Source: Synechococcus sp. UW140 (lineage in GTDB: Bacteria; Cyanobacteriota; Cyanobacteriia; PCC-6307; Cyanobiaceae). From it: a stretch of 64,000 nt of DNA. The position numbers were made by a program, and so were the translations under genes. The notes below the pieces were generated by a model. It worked only from the letters and a program-made list of their open reading frames with translations. It was not told where the DNA came from and did not search any database. Below are positions 1-8,171 of the stretch, in pieces (the stretch's first letter is position 1; each line of letters opens with the position of its first letter). The stretch covers positions 24,560 through 88,559 of the forward strand of contig CALRXC020000002.1 of the NCBI GenBank assembly GCA_943372025.1, written 5' to 3'.

Positions 1-306
1 GATCGAGGTGAAGCCGCCCAGGGCCGTGATCGCGATGTCGTTCTTCTGAGCGAGCTCCATGGCGCTCAGCACCTTGCGCTTGGCCGTCTTGAAGCGGCTC
101 AGCATCTCCGGCACAAACACCGAATCGATGTAGGCGCCCTCGATTACTTTGCCGGTGGGGCTGGTCACCTTGACCGTTTCCACCAACTGTGGCGGGGCAA
201 CACACCACATCTCAAAATCGCCCTCGGCGTACTCCGGATAGCCGAGCCTAGTGGCCTCGGATCGAGCGGCATCAAGGCTGGTGGAGTGACCGATCAGGCC
301 AAACAT
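1..306 (-). CDS. aar: Long-chain acyl-ACP reductase (alkane pathway), 3' part runs off the window
   Basis: Not in the ORF track. Minus strand from ATG at 306 reads [23 protein letters not shown]...[27 protein letters not shown], a typical AAR N-terminus, and it lies directly downstream of ado. Confidence 0.95.
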   Translation of the reverse strand, partial: MFGLIGHSTSLDAARSEATRLGYPEYAEGDFEMWCVAPPQLVETVKVTSPTGKVIEGAYIDSVFVPEMLSRFKTAKRKVLSAMELAQKNDIAITALGGFTSI

Positions 307-379
307 GTCGATCGAAACCCTTGGGGATGGGAACCGCCAGACCTGGCAGATGGTTCATCCTGCCATGGGTGAAGGCCGC

Positions 380-1135
380 TCACCCCAGCAGCGCTGCGGT
401 GGCCATCCGGGCGATCTCCCTGGAGCTGAAACCAATCTCGGTGAGCACCTCCTGATAGGAGGTCATGAAGTCGGCCATCAGGTCCTCCTTGTCCATGTGG
501 AGCACGCCGGCGTCCTCGGCCACCTGCTCCAGCATCCGCCGCACGTGGGGGAGGTTGGCCCGGTTGGCAACCTCCAGCTCCTGGCGGGCAGCCTCAAGGT
601 TGGCCTTGAGCCACTGCTGTCCGTAGTTGAGGTGGGTGTATTCGTCCTGAACCACGCCTTCAGTGATCTTGCGGGCGAAGGGATCGGCCACCGGGATGTA
701 GATGTGATAAGCCGCGATGGCAAAGGCTTCGATCAAAATCGATTGAATCAACAGGCAGGTGACCAATTTGCCCTCGGCCAGGGCCTGCTGGAAATTGTCA
801 CGGAGCGGTGAGAAAAACACGCGGGCGAACGGCATGTCGGCCTCCACGCCAAGATTGGCAGCACAAGCGGTGAAGCCCTTTTTGTGCTTCATCTCCATCC
901 GGGCCAGCCGGGCCAGTTCGTCGGCCTGATCGGGCAGCAGGGTGGCCAGGGAAAGGTAGTTGTCGTGGGCTTCTTGTTCGCCCTCGATCACGATGGCATT
1001 GATGCGGCTGTAGGCGTCCTTGTAGCTCTCGCTGGTGAAATCGGGCAGGACGGCTTCGGCCGGTGCGTCGCCGCCGCTGCCCAGCCCGATCGAGGCCGAG
1101 GAATTCGGGGACAGATCCGACAGGGAAACCGCCAT
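380..1135 (-). CDS. ado: Aldehyde deformylating oxygenase
   Basis: [28 protein letters not shown] and DEYTHLNYG di-iron ferritin-like motifs. Start moved to the ATG at 1135. Confidence 0.97.
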   Translation of the reverse strand: MAVSLSDLSPNSSASIGLGSGGDAPAEAVLPDFTSESYKDAYSRINAIVIEGEQEAHDNYLSLATLLPDQADELARLARMEMKHKKGFTACAANLGVEADMPFARVFFSPLRDNFQQALAEGKLVTCLLIQSILIEAFAIAAYHIYIPVADPFARKITEGVVQDEYTHLNYGQQWLKANLEAARQELEVANRANLPHVRRMLEQVAEDAGVLHMDKEDLMADFMTSYQEVLTEIGFSSREIARMATAALLG

Positions 1136-1170
1136 GGAGGGCCTTTCGCGCATTTAGCCGCAGACTTTAA

Positions 1171-1995
1171 TCAACCCCGCCGGCTTCCCGACGGCCAGTC
1201 GCTGTTCAGCAGGGATTGCAACCGGCGCCGCCATCCCTCCACCAACGCCTCGAAGAGCGCCTGGCCAAGCTCGGCGGAGGCGCCGGCGGGATCACCGATC
1301 ACCCCGCAGCTGCTGAGCTCACGGGTCAGCCAGGCACAGGGGGCCTGGCCCTCGAGGCTCCAACCCTCTGGTGGCTCTTGGAGGGGGCCGTCCGCCTGAC
1401 GCACGGGACCGACCAGATCCTCCGCCAGGTGAAGCATCAGGCTGGTTTCAGCCAGACCCGCATGCAGCCCCCGCTGACGTTCCGGTTCGGGAATCCGTTG
1501 GGCGATCCCTTCCGGCCCACGCCAAAGGAAACAGGGCAGCACCGCCAGGTCCGGTCGAGCCGCATGGAGCTGGCGGGCCGCCACCTCCAGCAGGGCGATC
1601 TGGCCGCCATGGCCATTGAGGAGCACCAACCGTTGGAAGCCCGCCGCCGCCAAGTCGCTGCCCACCGCGACCACCAGGCCCAGGAGCAGCTCCGGCGGCA
1701 GGCTGAGGGTGCCGGGAAAACCGCGGTGCTCGTGGGAGAAGCCGAGGCTCTGGGTGGGCAGCTGCCAGATGGGTAGATCGTGGGGAAGCCTCGCCAACAC
1801 GGCCGTGCAGACCCGCTCGGCGAAGAGGGCATCGGTGCTGAGGGGCAGATGGGGACCGTGTTGCTCGATCGCCCCGAAGGGCCACACCACCGTGCTACCT
1901 GCCCTGGCGGCCCCCTGCGCCACCTCGGGCCAGCTGAGCTCACTGAGCAGGCGCCGCCGCACCGGGCCCGGGGGAATGGAAGGGGCTGCTGCCAT
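1171..1995 (-). CDS. Creatininase/amidohydrolase family protein
   Basis: GAIEQHGPHLPLSTD, SHEH, NGHGGQ and HAGLAETS metal-binding motifs. Probable start ATG at 1995. Confidence 0.9.
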   Translation of the reverse strand: MAAAPSIPPGPVRRRLLSELSWPEVAQGAARAGSTVVWPFGAIEQHGPHLPLSTDALFAERVCTAVLARLPHDLPIWQLPTQSLGFSHEHRGFPGTLSLPPELLLGLVVAVGSDLAAAGFQRLVLLNGHGGQIALLEVAARQLHAARPDLAVLPCFLWRGPEGIAQRIPEPERQRGLHAGLAETSLMLHLAEDLVGPVRQADGPLQEPPEGWSLEGQAPCAWLTRELSSCGVIGDPAGASAELGQALFEALVEGWRRRLQSLLNSDWPSGSRRG

Positions 1996-2101
1996 GAAGG
2001 GGACTCGGATGGTGACCTGGCACGCATCGGGCACGGGGTGCACCCTGCCGACGCTTCAGGGGGGAATGCCTACAGTGTGGGATCGCAGAACGCTGAGGTT
2101 C

Positions 2102-3391
2102 ATGGCCGGATCCGGCACCCCCCCGCCGCGTCAACCCCGGCCCCCTGCCCAACGGCCCGGCGGGCAGGCGGCCAACCCACCCCGCAAACCGCCCCAGGTG
2201 ATGTTGATCCGCAAGGAGGAGACAGCGCCGCCCGAGGCACCGCGCGCCGAACTGGCCTTGCCCGCCGCCGCCTCCCCCGGCTCGGCTGGGCCGCAGGCGC
2301 CCGGCAGGCCGGTGCCCCCGACGCCCGCCTCGGCCGAACAAGCGGCCCCGCGCCGCTCCGATGACGAGCTCTTCGATCTCGGAGCCCTCGAGGGCATGAC
2401 GATGGCCGACTTGCTCGGGCCGGAACCCGGCCGGGGCCGCCCCGGCGGCGATCGCAAGGCGGCGCCGGTAGCGGCCCAGGCCGGAGTGAGCCGCACCGTG
2501 GACGATTTCGACTTCGATGAGGAAGCCTTCCTCGCCGCCCTCGACGAGAACGAGATCGTTGGCACCACCGGTGAGGTGGTGAGCGGCACCGTGGTGGGCG
2601 TGGAGAGCGATGGAGTGTATGTGGATATCGGCGGCAAGGCGCCGGGCTTCATGCCCAAGCAGGAAGCTGGCCTGGGGGTGATCACAAACCTCAAGGAACG
2701 CTTCCCGAAGGGTCTTCGGATCGAAGTGCTCGTGACCCGCGAGCAGAACGCCGACGGCATGGTGACCATCAGCGCCCGGGCCCTGGCCCTGCGCCAGAGT
2801 TGGGAGAAGGTGCGCCAGCTTGAAAAGGATGGCAAGGTGGCCCAGGTCGTGATCACCGGCTTTAACCGTGGTGGTGTGACCTGTGACCTTGAGGGTCTGC
2901 GGGGCTTCATCCCCCGCTCCCAGCTTCAGGATGGGGAGAATCACGAAGCGCTGGTCGGCAAGACCCTTGGAGTGAGCTTTCTGGAGGTCAACCCAGAAAC
3001 CCGCAAGCTGGTGCTCTCCGAACGCAAGGCGACCACGGCGGCCCGCTTCGGGGAACTGGAGGTGGGCCAACTCGTGGAGGGTCAGGTGGCCGCGATCAAG
3101 CCCTATGGCTTCTTCGTGGACCTGGGCGGCGTGAGTGGCCTGCTCCACCACAGCTCGATCACCGGCGGCGCCCTGAGGGATTTGCGCGAGGCCTTCGAAC
3201 CCGGTGAGCGGCTCAAGGCCCTGATCACCCAACTGGATCCGGGTCGGGGGCGCATCGCCCTCAACACGGCCCTGCTGGAGGGACAACCCGGAGAGCTGTT
3301 GATCGCCAAGGCGACCGTGATGGCCGAAGCCACCGACCGGGCCAACAGGGCCCGCTCGCTGCTGCGCCAGAAAGAGCAGGAGGCGGGATGA
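2102..3391 (+). CDS. rps1b: S1 RNA-binding domain protein (ribosomal protein S1 homologue B) with long Pro/Ala-rich N-terminus
   Basis: Three S1 repeats (GVYVDIGGKAPGF, GFIPRSQL, YGFFVDLGGVSGLLHHS). Start ATG at 2102 inside ORF 1616..3391. Confidence 0.9.
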   Translation: MAGSGTPPPRQPRPPAQRPGGQAANPPRKPPQVMLIRKEETAPPEAPRAELALPAAASPGSAGPQAPGRPVPPTPASAEQAAPRRSDDELFDLGALEGMTMADLLGPEPGRGRPGGDRKAAPVAAQAGVSRTVDDFDFDEEAFLAALDENEIVGTTGEVVSGTVVGVESDGVYVDIGGKAPGFMPKQEAGLGVITNLKERFPKGLRIEVLVTREQNADGMVTISARALALRQSWEKVRQLEKDGKVAQVVITGFNRGGVTCDLEGLRGFIPRSQLQDGENHEALVGKTLGVSFLEVNPETRKLVLSERKATTAARFGELEVGQLVEGQVAAIKPYGFFVDLGGVSGLLHHSSITGGALRDLREAFEPGERLKALITQLDPGRGRIALNTALLEGQPGELLIAKATVMAEATDRANRARSLLRQKEQEAG

Positions 3392-3443
3392 AACGAAAAG
3401 GCAGCAACCCTGGGATGAACGCCGTGCCGGGAACCGCAGCAGC

Positions 3444-4394
3444 ATGAACGCCGAACAGCCGGACGCCCCCGGTCCCGGATCAGCCGGCCCCGGGGCGGCC
3501 AGCGTGGCTGATGCCCCAGGCGCGCAGCCCGACTGGGAGCTCGATTTCTATTCCAGGCCGGTGCTGGAGGCTGATGGTCGCAAGCGCTGGGAGCTGCTGA
3601 TCTGCTCCACCCCGCCCCCAGCCGCCAACGGCACGACGCCGGCTCCTTTCCGCTGGGTGAGGGTCTGTCCGGCCACCAGTGTCAATTCTGTTTGGCTGCG
3701 GGAGGCGATCGAAGCGGCCCTGGCCGAAGCCCGGAGCCAGGGCTTCAACCGGCCGCGACGCCTGCGCTGCTGGAGGGGATCGATGCGCACGATGGTGCAG
3801 CGGGCTGCCGAGGCGCTCCAGCTGGAACTGGTGCCCAGCCGCCGCTGCTACGCCCTCGTGGAATGGCTGCGGCAACGGGAGGCTGAGGTCTATCCCGCCG
3901 AGCCCGGTGCCCTGGTGGGTCCCCTGGCACCGGTACCGGCTGCGATCCGGGGTGTGCCGGTGCCCCTACCCGAGGTCGCCCGTGGCGATCGCTGGGCCTG
4001 GGCCAACCTCCCCGCAGAGGCCTTGATGGATGCGGCCGAGTGGGGCGCTGGATTCGCTGGCCTGATCCAGCTGCCCCCCGAGCTGGAGTCCGGAGCGGCG
4101 GTCCCCGGCATCCGCCTGTTCAGCCGCCACCGGGCCCTGGCCATCGCAGGCTGGCTGGCGGGCCTGGAGCCCGTGCGGCTTGAGGTGGAGGGAAACCAGT
4201 TGGTGCTAGAGGCTGGTTTGGAGGATCGCTGGCTGCTCACCACCCTGCCCGCCGAGGAAGCCCGGCTGGCCGCGGATGCCTTCGAAACGGCCCGGGCCCG
4301 GGCAGGTGGACTGCAGTTTCTGGCGGTGCAGGCCGAGGAACAGGAGCAACGGCTGGAGGGCTTCTGGCTGCTGCGGGATCTTCCCGATGCCTGA
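3444..4394 (+). CDS. Tab2/Atab2-family RNA-binding protein
   Basis: WELDFYSRPVLEADGRKRWELLIC, VNSVWLREAI and SRRCYALVEWL motifs typical of the family. Confidence 0.88.
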   Translation: MNAEQPDAPGPGSAGPGAASVADAPGAQPDWELDFYSRPVLEADGRKRWELLICSTPPPAANGTTPAPFRWVRVCPATSVNSVWLREAIEAALAEARSQGFNRPRRLRCWRGSMRTMVQRAAEALQLELVPSRRCYALVEWLRQREAEVYPAEPGALVGPLAPVPAAIRGVPVPLPEVARGDRWAWANLPAEALMDAAEWGAGFAGLIQLPPELESGAAVPGIRLFSRHRALAIAGWLAGLEPVRLEVEGNQLVLEAGLEDRWLLTTLPAEEARLAADAFETARARAGGLQFLAVQAEEQEQRLEGFWLLRDLPDA

Positions 4395-4414
4395 AGAGCC
4401 GCCCTTCGGATCCC

Positions 4415-5224
4415 ATGGCTGAAGCTCTCGACCCACCCTTCGATCGCCCCGACCGGGGCTTCAACGACCTGCCGGGCTGGACCTGGGTGGGGACCTACGG
4501 GGGGTACTACCTCCAGGCCGATCGGCTGGCGGAATTTGAGCACGGCTTCTTCACCAGACAGTGGCAGGGCCGCGGGCCTGAGGAGCTGGCCTGCGCCCTC
4601 AGTGCCGGCATCACGGTGCACCGGCCCCGCCAGATTCACAGCGCCGATGTGCTTCCGGCCAGCGAGGCTAGGGAGGAGCCCTGGCCCGAGGCCGATGGGC
4701 TCGTGAGCGATGGGGCCGGCCAGAGCCTGTGGGTCTGTGGAGCGGACTGCACGCCGGTGTTGATCGCCGATCCGGCGACGGGCCGCGTCGGGGCTTGCCA
4801 TGCGGGCTGGCGGGGGGTGGCCGGCCGAATCCTGCCCGCGGCCATCACCCTGATGGAAAAGGCCGGATCCCGGCGAGGCGATCTGCTGGTAGCCCTGGGA
4901 CCGGCGGTGAGCGGGGCTGCCTATCAGGTGGAACGCCCGGTGAGCTTGGAGGTGGCGCAATCGCTCCGGCCCGAGGAAGGAGTTAACGATGTCGCCCTGG
5001 AGGAGCTGCGGACCTGCGGGGCTCTGCTGGAGGATCCCGACCCCGACCATGACCGGCTGGACATCCGGGCGGCCGCGAGGGCTCAGCTGGTACAGGCAGG
5101 GGTAAATGAGACTCGCATCGCGGTCTGCCCGCTCTGCACTCTTACTGAATCTTTTTTGTTTCACTCCTGGCGACGCGACAGGATCAAGGCGGTTCAGTGG
5201 AGTGCAATCGTTGCCCAGGGTTGA
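4415..5224 (+). CDS. pgeF: Peptidoglycan editing factor PgeF / YfiH-like purine nucleoside phosphorylase family
   Basis: QIHS, ADG, ADCTPV, CHAGWRG and CT...FHSWRR motifs. Confidence 0.9.
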   Translation: MAEALDPPFDRPDRGFNDLPGWTWVGTYGGYYLQADRLAEFEHGFFTRQWQGRGPEELACALSAGITVHRPRQIHSADVLPASEAREEPWPEADGLVSDGAGQSLWVCGADCTPVLIADPATGRVGACHAGWRGVAGRILPAAITLMEKAGSRRGDLLVALGPAVSGAAYQVERPVSLEVAQSLRPEEGVNDVALEELRTCGALLEDPDPDHDRLDIRAAARAQLVQAGVNETRIAVCPLCTLTESFLFHSWRRDRIKAVQWSAIVAQG

Positions 5225-5493
5225 AGACAAAGCCGCAGCACACCCTTTGCGCGAATACAGGAGATCTGGTCAACGCTTTCCGGAAACCACCGAGCTGGGA
5301 GACGAGCTTGACCCAATGCAGCCGCGGTCAAGGATCAGGATCAAACCCTTTCGCTGTGGAGCAGGAGCTCGCGCTTGACCCTGAGGGAAGTCAAGAGGGC
5401 TTGGGGTTTCATTCATCGAATCATTCGGGCACCAGAGGACTTGCCGGATCGGCCCTTTGTGCGTGAATATGCAGGAGTTGCATTTTTGATTCC

Positions 5494-5856
5494 ATGCTCA
5501 CCGGAGCTGAACTCCTCGCCAAGGTCAAGGAGCTGGGTGATGTCAGCAAGTCCGAGCTTGTGCGGGCTTGTGGTTACGTCTCCACCAAGAAGGACGGCAC
5601 CGAACGCCTCAACTTCACGGCCTTCTACGAATCGCTGCTGAACGCCAAGGGAGTTGACTTTGGAGCCGCGCCGAAAGCCGGCAAAGCTGGCCGCAAGCTG
5701 AGCTTCAACACCAAGGTTCAATTCAACGGCAACCTGATGGTGGGCAAGGCCTACACCGCCATGCTGGACCTCAAGCCCGGCGATGAGTTCGAAATCAAGC
5801 TCGGTCGCAAACAGATTCGTCTGGTGCCCCTGGGCGCTGAAGACGAAGACGTGTGA
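5494..5856 (+). CDS. Cyanobacterial AbrB-like transcriptional regulator
   Basis: LTGAELLAKVKELGDVSKSELVRACGY N-domain and VQFNGNLMVGKAYTAMLDLKPGDEFEIKLGRKQIRL swapped-hairpin domain. Confidence 0.88.
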   Translation: MLTGAELLAKVKELGDVSKSELVRACGYVSTKKDGTERLNFTAFYESLLNAKGVDFGAAPKAGKAGRKLSFNTKVQFNGNLMVGKAYTAMLDLKPGDEFEIKLGRKQIRLVPLGAEDEDV

Positions 5857-7513
5857 GGGCGATCGACTCGGCTACCCGGATCCCATCGATCGCAGCCGAA
5901 AGGATGCCGCCGGCGTGGCCGCCCCCCTCGCCGGCCGGGTAAAGCCCGGGTGTGTTTGGGCTTTCCAGCGTTGTACTATTCCTCACGATTCTCACAGGCG
6001 ATGATGTGCGGGTTTCGACGCCCGTGAGCAAAGCTTCGCTTGAGGAAAATCCGGGAATGCGGCGCTCGAACGCTGGCAGCGCCTCACGGATCGTCTCCAG
6101 AACCCAACGAGGAAGACAGCTGTCCAGACTGCCCAGCCGCACCCCGGGCTGAAAGGACGCCGGCAACCCCGCCGCTCCCCGGTCCTCGCTCGTACGCCCC
6201 GCCAGAAAATCATCGACCCACTGGGCGGGTGCCCGGCCATCCGCGCCACCGGCCTGAAACGCCTGCTGCTCCCAGTGGCGTTGAAAGGCCACGCCGGCCA
6301 AGGGATCACCTGCGTACCTGCCCCACGGCTCCAGATCCTGCCGTTCCACGTTCACCACCAGGGCGCTGTTGGCATTGCGCTCGTTTCGCGAGTGCTGGCT
6401 CATGCCATTCGTCACCACCGCGCCGGGCTCGGAGGTGGCCCCCACCACCAGGCCCCCCGGGCACATGCAGAAACTCCACGTGCTGCGGGGCGTGGCCCCT
6501 GGGGCCGTGGTGCTGTGGTGAACGAGTTTGTACTCCGCAGCCCCCAGCTGGTGATGGCCGGCGGATGGTCCCCAGCGGGCCCGATCGATCAGGGGCTGGG
6601 GATGTTCGACCCTGAGCCCCACCGCGAAGGGCTTGCAATCCATCGCCACGCCGAGGCCATGGAGCATGGCGAACGTGTCGCGGGCGCTGTGGCCCAACGC
6701 CAAGACCACCTGATCGGCTGCAACCCGGTGACCATCCGCCAGGATCAGCCCCTCAACGGCCCGGGTGGTGGGATGGAGCTCCAGGCTCTCCACCCGAGCC
6801 CCGAAGCGCACCTGCCCCCCCAGCGCCTCGATCCTGCGGCGCAGTCCGCGCACCACCGTGGCGAGCTTGAAGGTGCCGATATGGGGCCGGTGCAGGGTGA
6901 GGATCTCGGGAGGGGCGCCGGCGGCCACCAGTTCCTCGAGAACCTTGCGGATGAGTGTCTCCGACTCACTCACCTGGCTGTAGAGCTTGCCATCGGAGAA
7001 GGTGCCGGCCCCTCCTTCCCCGAACTGGACATTCGACTCCGGATCGAGGGGGCGTTGGCCCCGCCAGAAGCCGAAGGTGTCGGCCGTGCGCTCCTTCACA
7101 GGCTTACCCCGCTCCAGCAGGAGGGGCCGCAGACCCATCTCGGCCAGCAGAAGAGCGGCGAAGTAGCCGCAGGGGCCAGCCCCCACCACCACGGGACGGG
7201 GGCCGGCCGGGGGCTCCTCCAGCCGGGCCACGAGGCGGTAACGATCGTCCGGAACGGGACGCAGGTGGGGGTCCCCCTGGAAGCGGCGCAGCAGACGCCG
7301 CTGCGAGGCCTGATCGAGATCCAGGTCTAGATCCACGCTGTAGACCAGCGCGATGGCGTTGCGGCGCCGGGCATCGACGCTGCGCCTCACCAAGCGATGG
7401 GAGAGCAGCACCTCCCTGGGCACCCCGAGCCGGCGGCAGATTGCTGCCGCCAGATCATCGTCCCCGTGGTCGAGGGGCAGCTTGAGTTCACTGAGACGCA
7501 GCACGCAGGCCAT
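5795..7513 (-). CDS. NAD(P)/FAD-dependent oxidoreductase
   Basis: VVVGAGPCGYFAAL Rossmann motif, GEGGAGTFSDGKL, FCMCPGG, GVETRTSSPVRI and GEGGGHAGGILSAA. Confidence 0.9.
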   Translation of the reverse strand: MACVLRLSELKLPLDHGDDDLAAAICRRLGVPREVLLSHRLVRRSVDARRRNAIALVYSVDLDLDLDQASQRRLLRRFQGDPHLRPVPDDRYRLVARLEEPPAGPRPVVVGAGPCGYFAALLLAEMGLRPLLLERGKPVKERTADTFGFWRGQRPLDPESNVQFGEGGAGTFSDGKLYSQVSESETLIRKVLEELVAAGAPPEILTLHRPHIGTFKLATVVRGLRRRIEALGGQVRFGARVESLELHPTTRAVEGLILADGHRVAADQVVLALGHSARDTFAMLHGLGVAMDCKPFAVGLRVEHPQPLIDRARWGPSAGHHQLGAAEYKLVHHSTTAPGATPRSTWSFCMCPGGLVVGATSEPGAVVTNGMSQHSRNERNANSALVVNVERQDLEPWGRYAGDPLAGVAFQRHWEQQAFQAGGADGRAPAQWVDDFLAGRTSEDRGAAGLPASFQPGVRLGSLDSCLPRWVLETIREALPAFERRIPGFSSSEALLTGVETRTSSPVRIVRNSTTLESPNTPGLYPAGEGGGHAGGILSAAIDGIRVAESIALTRLRLQRPGAPDESVCDRA

Positions 7514-7834
7514 GGTCCGGGTCGTTCAGATGTTTAGGGCGGCACGCAGGACCCCCAGCCTTCACGAAAGGTGCCATGGTGGCGTTAAGCACATCTCTGG
7601 CAGCCTTCGATGGGCCTCACCCACTGTCCACTTTGCATGGGTCTGGCCGTTCTCTGCATCATTCGCAGCGGCGCCCACGCCGTTCTTCTCTGGCGTCTGG
7701 CCTGAAGCTGCCGTCACCCCCGATCGAGCCCGAGCCGCTGCCTGCCCCTCTGGTCCGCGATCACCAGGCTTAATCAAGCCCGTCTGCCCGACCAGGGCCG
7801 GGGGGGGGAGATTCCCGGTTGACCCTGTTGCAGC

Positions 7835-8171
7835 GTGAAATCCAGTGGGCCGAAGAGCAGGCCCAAGGAGGCCAACTCCGAGCTCCGGGTTCAGGTGCGG
7901 ATGGAACTGGGGCCCCCAGCGAGTCGAGCCGCGGCATGGGCGACTGGCTCTGGCCCTGGTGCTGGCGACCCTCAGGCTGATCCTGATGTGGAACCAGATG
8001 GAGCGCGACTGTGCGGCGATCCGGGCCGCCAATGGCGAAGCCGAGCGCCGCTGGCGCCACCATCAGCTCCTGACCGCGAGGGTCGAGGAGGAAGAAGGGC
8101 CCTTTACTGCGCCGCTTCGGCCTCCAGGGCCGCCACGGCCAGCCGGGTCCGAACCACGGCATCCGGGTTGA
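7835..8171 (+). pseudogene. Putative frameshifted small membrane protein (two coding-like frames joined by removing T7949)
   Basis: The frame from 7835 is GC3-rich up to about 7948 and the frame of ORF 7845 is GC3-rich from 7950. Fusion gives ...AAAWATG-LALVLATLRLILMWNQMERDC..., with one TM helix. Confidence 0.35.

Noticed and set aside
1940-3445. Long antisense or alternate-frame ORFs (e.g. 1940-3445, 3890-5230, 8911-10488, 11994-13106, 25367-27136, 36840-38129)
   Set aside because: They are shadows of well-supported genes on the opposite strand, expected at high GC, and show no recognisable motifs.
7576-7773. 65-aa ORF upstream of the split gene
   Set aside because: Ser/Pro/His-rich with no clear coding bias or motif, so there is not enough support.
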